This document shows, in pieces, positions 26,636 through 41,345 of a DNA stretch of 64,000 bases. Source of the DNA: Eledone cirrhosa (Eukaryota); NCBI GenBank assembly GCA_964016885.1, contig OZ024742.1:216566001-216630000 (forward strand), written 5' to 3'. The notes under the pieces were generated by a model, which was not told the DNA's origin, did no database searches, and saw only the letters and a list, made by a program, of their open reading frames with translations. The stretch's first letter is position 1, and each line of letters starts with the position of its first letter. A program made the translations under genes and the position numbers.

Positions 26636-27179
26636 ACGTCTACATATGCATATATATATATGTATATGTGTGTGTGTCTCTGTATGTATGCATTTATATA
26701 TATAAATATGTATATACACACACACATATATATATATATATATATGCGTGCGTGTGCGTGAGTGTGTGTGTATGTATTATGTAAATGTGTATTTGTACGT
26801 TTGGATTTAAAAGTGCTCAATACTAAACTAAAGAAGATTATATATTTGTTATATTACAAAGATTATTGTATATTGTATACTCTGTTGCTAATCTCACGCA
26901 ACTGGAATTAATTTTTACATGACAGTGAATATGTTAAGTATTTTGATTAACTATGCGTATCTGTGGGCGATTGTTTTGCTGGTTATATTTACGTTTTCAG
27001 AATATCTTACTTTCAATTACTAAAAGGAGTCATTTCTAACTTTCAGTCCCTTCTAGCTATTTTATATTCGCTACATTTATTGTATTTGCCATATGTACTG
27101 CGGCATGAAAACATAAATTCCACTTGTGGGATCAGTGGAAATCCCTGTTACAATGAGTAGCAATAGAGCGTAATCTCAG

Positions 27180-27262
<83 letters not shown>

Positions 27263-27317
27263 ATATATGTATATAAATCTATATATGTATATATATATAT
27301 ATATATATATAAATCTA

Positions 27318-27357
<40 letters not shown>

Positions 27358-27358
27358 C

Positions 27359-27401
<43 letters not shown>

Positions 27402-27564
27402 TATATGTATGTAAGTATATATATATATTTATATATGTGTGTGTATGTGTATCTATAATAATGGAGCGTATAAACGCACTGGACGGGAAAAAATAGGTAT
27501 GACCATACATGGGAACTGATACCAATCTTTTGTTATAGTAAAAAAAATGTCTATTTCAAGTCTA

Positions 27565-27628
<64 letters not shown>

Positions 27629-27633
<5 letters not shown>

Positions 27634-27811
27634 TGAGATTCTACAGGACTAGAACTGTTTTATTCTTTAGAAATCATCAGGAATCTGATGATTTCTAAAG
27701 AATGAAACAGTTCTAGTCCTGTAGAATCTCATCTATATTAAAACTTTTATACTCTGCTATGTATTGAGTACCTTACTTACTGTGGTTACCTCCGATTCAA
27801 CTCGGAATAAC
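27629..27811 (+). mobile_element. Fold-back HHR element
   Basis: Palindrome 27629-27738 centred just 5' of CTGATGA(27685). GAAA 27704, GTC 27716. Tail with TACTC..GAGTA. Related fragment at 25975-26080(-). Confidence 0.8.
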
Positions 27812-27867
<56 letters not shown>

Positions 27868-27870
<3 letters not shown>

Positions 27871-28910
27871 CGCGAGGTTTTTGATATGGAATCCTGTGTA
27901 TATTGTTATACTTGGGGAGAGTCATATTGTTGTAATAATATTGCCAGAATTAATAACAGAACACACTCACTCTTTGGTTGGTTTTCGCTTCTGTATATTT
28001 TATATCTGTTAATTCATTAGGTCCTTAATGTTTACCATTGACTGACCAACGGTCAAAAATACAGATATAATATAGACACAAACACATATATATATAGTCC
28101 AACAAAGTTCTTGTGCTTGTGTATATATTTTATATTTTTTTATATTTCACTTAAGTCTGTATTATTTGTTTGGGTTTTGTTATTCCATTCATTTTGTCTG
28201 TTTAGCTTTGGCCTTCTAAGTTTTATTTCACTTGCCTCTCTGATTTGCCTATCTGCTGGGTCATTTCTATGTTTAGATATTATTGTAATTTCTATGCTGT
28301 CTATGTTACCGTCATGTTTTTGTCTGGCGTGTTCGTATAGTACTGAACCGTTTTTTCGTCCTTTTAGTTCCCCCCAGTGTTGATCTATCCTTTCACCTAT
28401 GCTACGAGCTGTCTCGCCTATGTATGTTGTTGTCATGTTTCTGCAAGTACTCTCTGTACATCTTATGCTATAGACTACGTTTCTAGTTTTACAGTTTATC
28501 CGGGAGTTTACTTTACATATAATACATTTCTTATTAGTACAGTGAGTTTTCTTAAAAGGGTATGTTTTGCTGGTCAGGGATTTTATGGTAGTTCCTGGCT
28601 TTTCTACCACTTTAATCTTTAAGTGGGTCTTTCTCAGGGCCTTTCTACACTGGTTAGCTAATTTCCCTCCAGGGATAGCGTCCACGAACATGACACTCTG
28701 GTATCTCTGGTTGTCGTACCATGAGGTGGCTTTCCCTATCTTATGTCTAGCCCTATCTAAGCTATTCCATGATTTGCTCCTGTATAATGGGAAATTCCTT
28801 TCATGTCCAGTTCTATGAGGGTCTTATACTTCTCCGTGGCTCCTTCGTATACTCTGATTCTGTCTCTTTGGTTGTAGCCAGAGAACTGCATGCGGTTGAT
28901 GAAACCCTAC
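27868..28910 (-). mobile_element. PLE 3' fragment (Neptune/Nematis-like) with intact-looking GIY-YIG
   Basis: FINRMQFSGY..., HCTNKKCIIC..NCKTRNVVYSIRC..YIGETARSIGER (ORF 28140-28691). Confidence 0.85.
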
Positions 28911-29010
28911 ATACGCACATACATACACTCCCACGACCGATAAATAAATAGGCTACTGCTTCTAGCTGTCCACACGCACGCATACCCACAAACCACACAC
29001 TCTCTCTGTC

Positions 29011-29108
<98 letters not shown>

Positions 29109-29210
29109 GCTCTCGTCTCTCTTTCTCTCTCACACACACAGAGTCATTTTTCAATTACATTCTTATCCCTTTAGTCTCTTTCTTGACTTTGATAAAGAGT
29201 TTAACGCCAA

Positions 29211-29353
29211 ACCTCAGTTAATCTCCTTTTCGTATCGGTCGTCGTCGAGATCTTTGGTCCCTGCACTGTCGAGATCCTCTGCAAAATAGGAAAGTGAGCA
29301 GCCCGTCTGAAGAAGCAACCTCGTGAGGCCAGGTGGCTGTTACAGGAGGCCAT
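29211..29353 (-). CDS. Candidate first coding exon (Arg/Ser-rich N-terminus), unverified
   Basis: GC-richer unique island. GAAAATGGCC start context, [28 protein letters not shown]...LTE, then possible donor GAG|GTTTGG. Confidence 0.2.
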
Positions 29354-29746
29354 TTTCCGAGGAAATGCCTTCGATTTTCTGTCTGCGAGGCACTATTTGT
29401 CCCTCTCTTCCCCTCTCCATTTCTTTCGTTGCTTCATTCTCGTTTTCTTCCTTCCTTTTTTGTTTGTTTCATTTAAATATCATATCATATGGTATTTTAT
29501 GATAATTAACAAATATATTTTCTGTTCATGTTATTTGGCGCAATGTGTCTATATCATGACCATCCCAGGGTTTCTATTTTCACCTTTCCATTAACTTGTT
29601 TTAAAATCTCACGCTGTTCAATTGTCTGTCTCTTCCTCAACCTTATTTCCCTTGTAGTATTCGTCTCGTGTGAACGTGTGTGTATGTTACTATGCATATA
29701 TATATATATATATATATAAATGTTTGTGTGTGTGCGTGTGTGTATG

Positions 29747-29777
<31 letters not shown>

Positions 29778-30149
29778 TTATATATATGTGTGTGTGTGTG
29801 TGTACGTGTGTGTGTGTGTGCGTGTACATATATTTCTGTCATTATTGTTCACATAGCTAACACAATATTTACTTAAATAAAACAAAACACAGGCTTTTCC
29901 ACAACATCGAATAACGTTGTAGTGAATATATTCTTTAAATAAAGTATTTAAACGAAAACATGCTTCGCTCTGATGCTTCGCTTTTATCTTCACATGATAC
30001 TTTCAAAAGAAACAAATTTTATACGTCTCTCGCTTTCTCTACCCACCTCTATCTATAAAGATATCTATCGATCTATCTATCTATCTATCTGTCTATTTTT
30101 GTGTCGTTCATATACCCCAATCTATCTATCTATCTGTCTATCTTTCTAT

Positions 30150-30235
30150 TACACGACTGTATGTAAAATCCCCGGCATGTGTCTTTGTATTGTCCCCTTT
30201 TCTTGTGCGCCCTTGTGGCAAATAAATAAATATAT
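30150..30235 (+). mobile_element. Tx1-like 3' terminus within (TATC)n
   Basis: TGTCCCC..GCCCTTGTGGCAAATAAA matches the 3' end at 48060 and 62040. Confidence 0.6.
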
Positions 30236-30350
30236 CTATCTATCTACCTATTGCACTATAAATTACACTATCTATCAATCTGTCTATATATCTGTATGTC
30301 TGTCTTTCTTACTATCTATCTACCTATCTATCTATCTATCTATCTATCTT

Positions 30351-30383
<33 letters not shown>

Positions 30384-30764
30384 ATATCTACCTATCTATC
30401 TACCTACCCATTACACTGTTAATTACACTATCTATCTATATATCTGTCTATCTGTCTGTCTGTTTTTCTATCTATATATCTATTACACTATCTATCTATC
30501 TATCTATCAATATAACTATCTATTTTTGTGTCGCTCATATTCCCCAGTGGCAACGTTAATTGTTATTAAACTTTATGATTTTATAAATTGTTGCAAACTT
30601 GATTTTTATTATCTTTATAATTATTGTTTTAATTATCTTTATATTGTTATATTTCTCGTATTTCATATTTTAAATTTTTATTTGAAATTTTCTGGTGTTA
30701 CTATTGGCTTTAAATTGTGACGGTACATTACTTCTCAGAGATTCATGGTGTAGTTGTTATTTTG

Positions 30765-30839
<75 letters not shown>

Positions 30840-30899
30840 TGTGTGTGCGTGTGTTTTTTATGTTTTGCAACAGCATAATATATATATATATATATATAA

Positions 30900-30971
<72 letters not shown>

Positions 30972-31439
30972 GTGATTTAAATCTTTAGAGAGAGTACTTT
31001 GCTACTTCAAAGAGCTCGTTAAAATTATTTTAAATTTATAATGTCGGCAAGCAGGAATTTCTTAAATATTATAGACTGCTAAAGGAATACATTATTATGA
31101 TGATATAAAATGAAATATGCGTATATATCCAACGTAGTGGTTCTGTCATTCTCAACAACTATATACGCGTATGCCATATGAATTTTATTTATATGATTGT
31201 ATTAGTAATTGAACTCCAATATATGTATATATGTGCACATATATATATATTAATTTTAACGAACCAGACAAATAGGACTCGTCCAAGCTCGGCGTATTTT
31301 GTAAATACAAATCCTTATATCAAATTGCATACAATTAGTTTGTTAGTGGTACAAAAGGTATTGCGTGTGAACAGAATTAATTTTCGGTCCCGGAATATAT
31401 GGGTATATATGGGTAAAAACCACCTTTGGTCACGAATGA

Positions 31440-31688
31440 GAAGATGTGCACCTGGAAAGCAAGTCCGGGTAACAATCACCCATACATACCAGTCTCCCCT
31501 CTCCAAGAGAAAGGATACGGCCGATACAGCTTGACACCAGTGATGTCGCAACACATTTCTACAACTGAATAAAGTGGAGCAACGGGAAATAAAGCGTCTT
31601 GCTTAAGGACACAACGCAACACCCAGTCTAACAATCGAACTCACAATATCACCATTCCAAGCCTAGCGTTCTAACCACTAAGTCATAT
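31440..31688 (-). mobile_element. Second tRNA-derived SINE family (old copy)
   Basis: Minus GTGGTTAG...GAGTTCGATT (A/B boxes), then GTGTCCTTAAGCAAGACGCTTTA body. Confidence 0.7.
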
Positions 31689-32030
31689 ACACATATATAT
31701 AATCAAATATGTAGATAGTAAAATTAGTTTTTAAATGATTTATAACTTCTTACACATGTTTCCAGGGAATTATGAATATATATTTACATTATTTCTAATT
31801 ATCATCAATTTAGGTAAACAATAACACAGAAAATAATGACATACTATGCGTTTTCACATTTATAATCTTTTGAAATTTTCCAGTTAATTATCTTTTCCTA
31901 CCTTAGTCAGTTTCTCTGCAACAATAACATTATTTATTTAATGATTTTCTCATTTAAACTAACGAACTTTTTGTATTACATTTTCGTTTGGTGTTTTATC
32001 ATTCATAATTGCATATATATATAACCTCCG

Positions 32031-32071
<41 letters not shown>

Positions 32072-32077
32072 CCTCCG

Positions 32078-32830
<753 letters not shown>

Positions 32831-32957
32831 ATATATATATATATTTAGGTTAGTTGGTTCACCACTGGATAGAACTGGTTATTCCGTATGGTCAATCTCG
32901 ATATAATATTATGGAGAGTACTCAACGTAATGCAACTATTCCTTTGTTATATTTCGA

Positions 32958-33015
32958 ATACCTGATGATAATACGGGATTCATACAGAACCCGGTCATTG
33001 AAATGATCATGGTAT
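32958..33015 (+). ncRNA. Hammerhead motif (G at position 17)
   Basis: atac-CTGATGA-stem II(CGGG/CCCG)-GAAA-TGATCA-TG-gtat, then AATAAA. Confidence 0.6.
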
Positions 33016-33059
33016 AATAAACCTTTCAAGGATGTACACCAGTCCAGCCTCCTGTTATT

Positions 33060-33147
<88 letters not shown>

Positions 33148-33274
33148 TATATATATTTAAGTATGTGTTGGTTAGTTACCGACTCTTCAGTATACAGGGT
33201 GGAGGTATCTGGAGTAATTTAAAAACAAGAGTTGTAAGTGAACAGGTTAAAATTAACCACGTTTATTCATATTT

Positions 33275-33335
33275 GCTGTTATATATATATTTCGGTGATA
33301 GCCATTATTCAACAGCTATTACCTCATTAGACAAC
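33275..33335 (-). ncRNA. Hammerhead motif, core mutated (CTAATGA)
   Basis: gttgt-CTAATGA-13-bp stem II-GAAA-tatatata-TA-acagc, resembling the 61702 family. Confidence 0.6.
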
Positions 33336-33440
33336 TAGAACTTGAACAGAAAAACATAATGATGGAACAAAGTTTACCGCTTCTTTCGATCTTCTATGTC
33401 CAGTCCCGAAGAATGGTGTTGTTTTCTCAAAGAACTGGAG

Positions 33441-33518
<78 letters not shown>

Positions 33519-33525
<7 letters not shown>

Positions 33526-33988
33526 TAACAGATTAAAGTTTAAGCAAAGAATCGCTGCTTCCACCCTTAACGGGATCTTCTGAAACTAACAAAGAACTAA
33601 CAGAGAACGTCTCTATGAACCACCTAATAGAATATTAGTCTACGACTTCTTTTATACCATAAACGTGGTTTTGTCTTTGCGTGTAATTGTTTTTCACCGC
33701 TCCAAATAATGACGTATTATATTCGTTTTTTCCCGTTCTTTGCCAGGGAACGTTTCCACGAACCAAAGTATCGTCTTTTTGTCTTCCTCCAGTTGCAACG
33801 TTTTTGAAATATTCACTTCTGCTTTCACAGATTGACTTTGTTAGTTTCAGAAGATCCCGTTAATGGTGAAAGCAGCGATTCTTTGCTTAAACTTTAATCT
33901 GTTATTTTAATATTTTATATATTTGATATATATTTATCCTTATCCAGCCCTCTTTGGATTTTAGTCTTCAAATTTATTATTATTACTA
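33519..33988 (+). mobile_element. Inverted-arm HHR element with CAGAAGA core
   Basis: Arms 33519-33594 / 33836-33912, HHR 33843-33893. Family copies at 34390-34460 and 35690-35888. Confidence 0.75.
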
Positions 33989-33999
33989 TATATATATAT

Positions 34000-34355
34000 A
34001 TAAAGAAAAAGAGATGAAATCGAAAATGCAACTGGAGACTTATTTTTTTTTTAAATATATATATTTATTTGGTTCCTTTACCGGTTTCGCAGTTCTTCTG
34101 CTTTTCAAAAGGTGAGTTGAGATGGAGGGTCTGTGGTTTTTCTCACATATTTTTCACTAACTTTACAATGTGAGAAAAATCACAGACCCTCCATCTCAAC
34201 TCACCTTTTGAAAAGCAGAACTGCGAAACCGGTAAAGAACCAAATAAATATATATATTTTTTTTTAAAATAAGACTCCAGTTGCATTTTCGATTTCATCT
34301 CTTTTTCTTTATACTTTCACTCGTTTATTTTTCATTTTGTAAAAAAGAACCTCAC

Positions 34356-34362
<7 letters not shown>
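34000..34362 (+). mobile_element. Second copy of the U3-A8 fold-back HHR family
   Basis: Palindrome centred ~34158. HHRs at 34075-34112(-) and 34204-34237(+). Same tail as 26533-26593. Confidence 0.88.
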
Positions 34363-34396
<34 letters not shown>

Positions 34397-35039
34397 TAAA
34401 CGATTAAAGTTTAAGCAAAGAATCGCTGCTTTCACCCTTAATGCGATCTTCTGAAACTTTGCTATATACTAGCAGATACTATATACTATAGGCTATGTAC
34501 TATATACTATATACTATATACTATATGCTATATACTAGCAGATGCTATATACTAGCAGATACTATATACTAACAGAAAAACCACCCTTTGGGTGGTTTTC
34601 TGCTAACATGTGTAGTGTGTATATTGATATTATACGCAGGTATGTATACATGTAAATATGATACATCAAATAAAATCGTAATTGATAATATATAATACAT
34701 AGAAATTGAACGAAGACTGCGTTACACTGTCTTATTTAATCAGTAACGTAATCCATGATACATTAAAAAAGACGATATTATATATAAACTGCATTAGGAC
34801 AAAATTAGTGACAGAAAATTAGTATGTGTATTTAAGCGATGGCCAACCGGAAGTGTTAACATTTGAGACATTTTAAAGAATCTTTAAAGAAACAAAATAT
34901 ATTTAATCAACAGCCACGAAATTTAGTAGATAAATTATGTAATATTCATTAATTATTTATTCAAAGTAATCCCACTTATTTTACTAATGGGATAAAAAAA
35001 ATTATAAACCGTACGCAATCCCGGGCTCCTTACTTTATT

Positions 35040-35087
<48 letters not shown>

Positions 35088-35199
35088 CATACAAAGATAC
35101 ATGATGGATGCCCCCTTGCACGATATAACATCATTAATAATTATTAATATTATCATCGTGCAATACCTGAGCGTGAGGATTTTCGTTTAAGTTTAAAGT

Positions 35200-35395
35200 G
35201 AGGAAAGACTGTGCACTGAACCAATCCCACTCTCTGAGAGACAGTAGCTAATACCCGAAAAGAATAAAAGATCAACATCATCGGTAACTACTGAGCCGCA
35301 GGTTTTATGTCGGAGTTATCCTAGTTTCCTGAGTTCCCTTCTCCTAGAAGATTGCCCTGACAAAGGCTAGGTGTCCTTCACTCCCAATGGTTTAA
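35200..35395 (-). mobile_element. RTE 5'UTR-like fragment
   Basis: CCAATCCCACTCT..CAGGTTTTAT..TTCTCCTAG..GACAAAGGCTAG shared with 54580, 55000, 62470 and 63030. Confidence 0.55.
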
Positions 35396-35475
35396 CCGCG
35401 CGATCGGTTGTCCAGCCCGACTATTTCTATGTCCACGCGCATATACACACATATGCACCCATGTATATATATATA

Positions 35476-35668
35476 GTAATAATAATAATTCTTTCTACTT
35501 TAGGCACAAGGCCAGCAATTACACAGTGCATTACTGGTACTTTATTTTATCGGCCCCGTAAGGATGAAAGGCAAAGTCAACCTCGGCGGGATTTGAACTC
35601 AGATCGTAAAGGGACGTAACTATGCCGGAAAGCATGGTTTCTGACCCTCTACCGATACTGCCAATCCA
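35476..35668 (-). mobile_element. tRNA-derived SINE (Meta-like family) in (AAT)n
   Basis: Reverse complement of the 4111 copy. Confidence 0.9.
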
Positions 35669-35689
35669 TAGTAATAATAATAATAATAA

Positions 35690-35880
35690 TAATAGTAATA
35701 ATCATAAATGTGAAGACTAAAATCCAAAGAGGGCTCGATAAGGATAAATAAATATCAAATATATAAAAACCATAGAGCCAATATTTATTAAAATAACAGA
35801 TTAAAGTTTAAGCAAAGAATCTCTGCTTTCACCCTTAACGGGATACTTCAGTGATACTTTGCTTAAACTTTAATCTGTTA

Positions 35881-35888
<8 letters not shown>
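35690..35888 (-). mobile_element. Fold-back copy of the 33519 HHR family
   Basis: Shared sequence, with the inversion junction at the ribozyme core (~35850). Confidence 0.75.
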
Positions 35889-35923
<35 letters not shown>

Positions 35924-35930
<7 letters not shown>

Positions 35931-36711
35931 ATCGGAGAAAGCTAAAAGCGATATTCCGGCCAAATTCCAACTCACTCAACAAACATTAGGAAATAGCTGA
36001 GTATATTCCAAATATATCATTTCCCAAACGACTCGTTTCATTATAAGATTTTTACAAGTTGGGTGAAATTATACCAAGTTATGTAGAAGCTTGTATATGA
36101 TTAACAGATACTTATTCAAGTGGGCCCTTATAAATCTTCAGTGTGTGCCCAATAACATTATTATTGATAACCAAATCAACATCAATATTTAGCGATAATC
36201 ACCATCAGTGCTTGAGGGGACTGCTAGGTTGTTAGTCCAGCAGTTCTAAAGAAAATCTCACACTCTCCCGAAAATGGGAGGAAGGAGGCTACCGCCAAAA
36301 ACAATACATGCGCAGGTCATTGAACTCTGACAAGAATTCAAGCCACGTGCTAAGAACGCAATTGAATGTGAAAAAATAACCATATGTGCGCATTATGACA
36401 CATAGATATTTTATCGGAAAAAATAACAGAATAAGATACAAGAACCAACAATCAATATTCATATAAAAAATAAACAAAGAGAGTCATACCTTATATCGGG
36501 AAAGTTCATATCTGTTGCTCCAAGAGTAAATATATAAATACATAATCGGAGAAAGCTAAAACCGATACTCCGGCCAAATTCCAACTCCCTCAACAACATT
36601 AGGAAATACCTGAGTATATTCCCAATTAAACGTTTGGGGTGCTAACTATATTGTATTGTGTGGAGAATTTGCTGTATTATTTCATATGAGAGATATCAAA
36701 TATATCATTTC

Positions 36712-36715
<4 letters not shown>
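35924..36715 (-). mobile_element. ~614-bp non-coding unit, partial tandem, with HHR
   Basis: Direct repeat 35924/36538. Minus caca-CTGAAGA-long stem II(TTATAAG/CTTATAA)-GAAA-CGAGTCG-TT-tggg at 36023-36146. (AT)n flanks. Confidence 0.75.
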
Positions 36716-36753
<38 letters not shown>

Positions 36754-36788
36754 GTGTACATATGTATTTACATGTTTACACATTTTCG

Positions 36789-36978
36789 GATGGCCGTTGA
36801 CTCTTATGAGTTCTGCCCTTCGTCAGGTTTTGTTTTTTGTCCTGCAGGGTGTCCAAAATCACCCTCCTCATCAAGTAAAATTGGTGGGGTTGCGTGTTTA
36901 GTCACCGACAACCCGACCATGCGACAGGTTGTACTGGGTTACATGTTACTAGTAGCAGTGAAAAGTGATCCAACATAA
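36789..36978 (-). mobile_element. RTE 5' terminus next to (ACAT)n
   Basis: Matches 55170-55358 and 62560-62708. Confidence 0.6.
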
Positions 36979-37043
36979 CATACATACATACATACATACA
37001 TACATACATACATACATACATACATACATACATACATACATAC

Positions 37044-37101
37044 ATGATGGCTGCCCCCTCGTTATCGAGTATGGCCATTGCACAAGAAGAAAAAAAAAAA
37101 A

Positions 37102-37161
<60 letters not shown>

Positions 37162-37176
37162 AATAAAAAAAAAAAG

Positions 37177-37229
<53 letters not shown>

Positions 37230-37830
37230 CATATATACATACACACATACATACACATACACACACACATATACACACACATACATTAATAACAATAATA
37301 ATAATAATAATAGCAATAATAATAATAACGACAACAACATTAATAATATACATATTCATATATATATATACACACACACGCACGCACATAAGCATATCTA
37401 CACACACACGATAGCAACTAACAGTGCTGCGATCGAATGTGGATTTTTAGCCCAGCCAATGATCTAAAATGTCTTGCACAGAGTCGGCAACCAAAACATT
37501 TACTGGGAATAGTCGGCTGTGTTTGGAGTTCGTGTACTTTTGCATGTCGCTTGAGCCCTCCTGCTGATTTACATTCTCTACCACATGTTTGGCAAGCATG
37601 ATGAGTAGCATCTCCAACAGCAGCCTGGTAGTCAACCACTGGTCTTACTTTATGACTGCGAAGATGACTTTCGAGTCCAGCTTTGCTTAGACAGAGTCTC
37701 GCACAGACGCTGCATGTCAGCACCATAGGGGGACCCTCGCCGTCTGGAGGTGCAACAGCAATGCCCTTCCTCACATCCCGCTTTACTTTCTCGTGTGCGA
37801 TTCGAGATGCCTCAAAGGCAACTTTTCCCT
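37044..37830 (-). mobile_element. RTE-clade 3' end: three C2H2 fingers and (ATGT)n tail, interrupted by microsatellites
   Basis: CSVCARLCLSKAGLESHLRSH-type fingers. 3' end GGCCATACTCGATAACGAG..GCAGCCATC(ATGT)n is shared with 62765. Confidence 0.7.
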
Positions 37831-37862
37831 CACATACATACATACATACATACATACATACA

Positions 37863-37874
<12 letters not shown>

Positions 37875-37896
<22 letters not shown>

Positions 37897-40800
37897 GACA
37901 GTCAACGCGATCAGTCGCATAATTTGGCATGGGAGACTATTTATTAAGTTTAAGATGAATACTATCTCCGACAGTAATGCCACAGGTACAGTCAGGTTGA
38001 ATAACTGGCTATTCTTCTAACTATACCTTCTGAAGACACCTTTTATTCGAATTCGTAGAGATATCCGACTAAATACATAATTCATTTTACAAGGATTTGC
38101 TACAAACAGCATGGCTGAACACAACATCAACAAAAAAATTAAGGAAGTACCGAAGACAAATAACAAGGAAGGTAATCAAATGTTATTCAGTTGTAGTTAC
38201 AGAAGAAACCAGAATTATAAATCGCATTTCTCTTGGAATTGCGAACTTAATAATGATTTATTTAATTGTTATAAATTGGCAAAAAACAATCCCTCCATTG
38301 GCTATATGAATAGAATGAAGCTACACTGGGACGAAATGCACCCAGAGCTAAATTATTTCACAGCGAAACAATTACGCCAACAAGCGACGTTTGTTGAACG
38401 TAAAAATAAGATAAATATTATTAATTGTAAGTCCCCCACAACAAACATGTCATCAACAACACGTGCTACAGGTCGCCATGCTACTAGACTTCCTAGCTGC
38501 CAGGTCGGACAGCGTCTTGAAACAACTATACCTGTAAGAAACTTGACACCACCTGTACCATCTAAGTCTACCTCGAATGCTGGGGAAAAGATTATCGATA
38601 ATAATAATAATCGAAGAAATAATAATAATAATCGAAGAAATTTGACACCACGTGTACCATCCGAGTCTACCTCGACTGTTGTGGAAAATACTATCGATAA
38701 TGATAATCAAATGTATAAACAATTGAAAATTTCCCTCAACGAAATCTTCCAGTGTTAAAACGACAATGTTGAATAAAAAAACAAATAATGAAATACTACA
38801 TGTTATTGACGAAATAGGGGATGAATATTTATGACGGATAAAAACCCCAACGTTTTGGCAAATCAACGCCTGTTTATATGCCCTAGCAACGACAGTGAAG
38901 CATTATCTTGGTGATAGCAGAGATATTAACAAGAACAAAACACCACCAAAAATACCATCATATATAACTAAAATAGAAAAAAAGATTGCTGACCTACGAA
39001 AAAACATAGGATATGTGACAATGCTCCTTACATGCAAACAAACACAAAAAAACCTCACTCCTCACCAACAAAGAGTGAAAATAAAATAGAGACGATGTTT
39101 GGTAACAGTAGAACCAGAACTCTCCAATATAAGCTGATCACCCTCAAACAAGAATTGAGAGCTGTTAGCGAAAAACGCAGATATCTGAAGAAGGTAGATG
39201 AGAGAAAAATGCTTAATAAAAGATTCAGACGAAACCAAACATCAGTCTATAAAGATATGAAGGGCAAAATAATAAGTGTCACTGAGGCCCCATCCCAGAA
39301 AGACATAGATTCCTTTCGGGGAAAAATATGGGTGAAAAGAAGAATTTCAACCAAGATCCAGGGTGGCTAAGAGAAATCCGAAAGAACTATTGCTCCTACA
39401 CTACAACAAAAACATACGAAATAAATGAGGGTACCTTGAGACTGTGATAGGAAAACTCCAAGATAAGAAAACACCAGGAAGAGACATGAGTGTCGGCTAC
39501 TGGTACAAAAAAAATGATATTCTATCGGAGGTATCTTACTGACCTCTACCAACAAGTTCTTAAGGGAGATACACTTATACCAGAATGGTTGACATTAGCA
39601 CAAACATTACTGGTCCCCAAGAAAAAAGACACCCACTTGGCAAAAAACTACCGACCCATTGCATGCCAGAACCTGATGTATAAGATGTATACAGCCTGCT
39701 TGAACCTATTTCTCCAAGATCACTGTGAAAATAATATCATCATCACAAATGAACAAGCAGCTGAAAAGAAAGGGATTTGAGGATATGCTTAACAACTCCT
39801 AATCAACAAAACTTAGGAGGAATAAGACTACAGTCTGGCTAGACTACAGGAAAGCTTTCGATTCTGTTCCCCACTCTTGGATGATAGAGGCCCTCCAACT
39901 TGCTAAAGTCCCAGACATTATTGTCAGAGCCATAGAGAGGCTGTCTTCTTCTTGGGCTACTATCCTCAGGTTAAAGACAGAGAGGGAGGACTCGAAAAAT
40001 ACTGAACAACACCGGAAACTTCCACATCAACAGTGACATAGACCGCCTTTACTTGAAACGTAAGCAGGGAGGCAGGGAGGCAGGGAGGCCTAACAACAGT
40101 CCAGACAACATTTGAATGTTGCATCATATCTCTCCGACAACATCTACGAACCTCGAAGCGTAGGAGCCCGTTTCTCGAGCAAGTCTATCTGCATGAAACA
40201 GATAAGATCATAAGAGTTGGGAAGGAACTCCTCGAGAGATATTCCCTGTGTGATAATCAAAAACTCACACCCAGGGATGTCGCTCAGCAGTATCGCAGTG
40301 AATCCATGGATGAAAAACTGCATGCCTATCAGCAAAAAATCATGCATGGATATGTTGCCAGGAAGCTGCAGAGTGAGAGTAATATAGATAAGGAAAATAG
40401 TCTATCATGGACCAACAACCGCTATATTGCCTCCCACTTTGAAGGATACGCTTTTGCAATCCAGGAACAGGAGATTAACACGAAATACCTGATTCACAAA
40501 AAAGATAGGGATGCAGGCAAAAGACCTAGATGTGATAACAAGTCCAGACTCTGCAGAACTAACATCGAAGATATCACCTATGTCATCAGCAGCTGTCCAA
40601 AGATGTCATCGCGGTACTATCTACCTATGAGGCATGATGTAGTGGCCAAAACACTGTACAATGCAGTTCGTAAAAAAGATAGCCCCGATAATAAACATAT
40701 TAAAAGCAATGTGGAAGATATCCATGTACATAATATGAAAGAGTACTGGTGGAATGTTCCAGTAAAACCCCCAATAAAATGCAGACATAACAGACCAGAT

Positions 40801-41345
40801 ATTATGATATGGGACAGGGAGAAGAAAGCATGCACAGTAGTGGAAATTAGCTGCCCAGCAGATACCAATATAATATCAAATATTAGTGAAAAGGAGAATA
40901 TTTATGCAGAACTGATGAGAAATCTGCAGATACTCCACCCTGATTACACCTTCAGATTTATGCCAGTGATTATTGGGGCACTGGGATATGTTAGCAACTG
41001 CCTCAATACAAATCTTGAGAAGCTAGGCTTCACAGGAACAGAAAGAACACAACTAGTTAGGAAATTACAAGTACAATCCATTAATGGAACAGTATAAATA
41101 TGTAAAACATTCCAAAAATGTTGCATCTAATAACTGCATATACACATGTACAGATGCAAAGCATATACACATGCACACATACGACTCAAAACATACATAT
41201 CCACACATACAATAACACCCATATCTACACATGCATGCATACATACATATCTACCTAGTAAATGTGTAAATTCCAATGAGAGAGTCTTGCGTCTATGTTA
41301 GAAACCGACTCTCTCTCTCTATTGGTAAAACTTTGTGAAATTATA
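37875..41345 (+). mobile_element. R4/Dong-clade non-LTR retrotransposon (RLE), near full length with RT-internal deletion
   Basis: GYMNRMKLHWDE, KNYRPIAC, WLDYRKAFDSVPH, Zn-knuckle-like RLC..I.S.C, RHD, RPDI, VEISCP..EKE..Y. Flanked by (ACAT)n on both sides. Confidence 0.88.
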
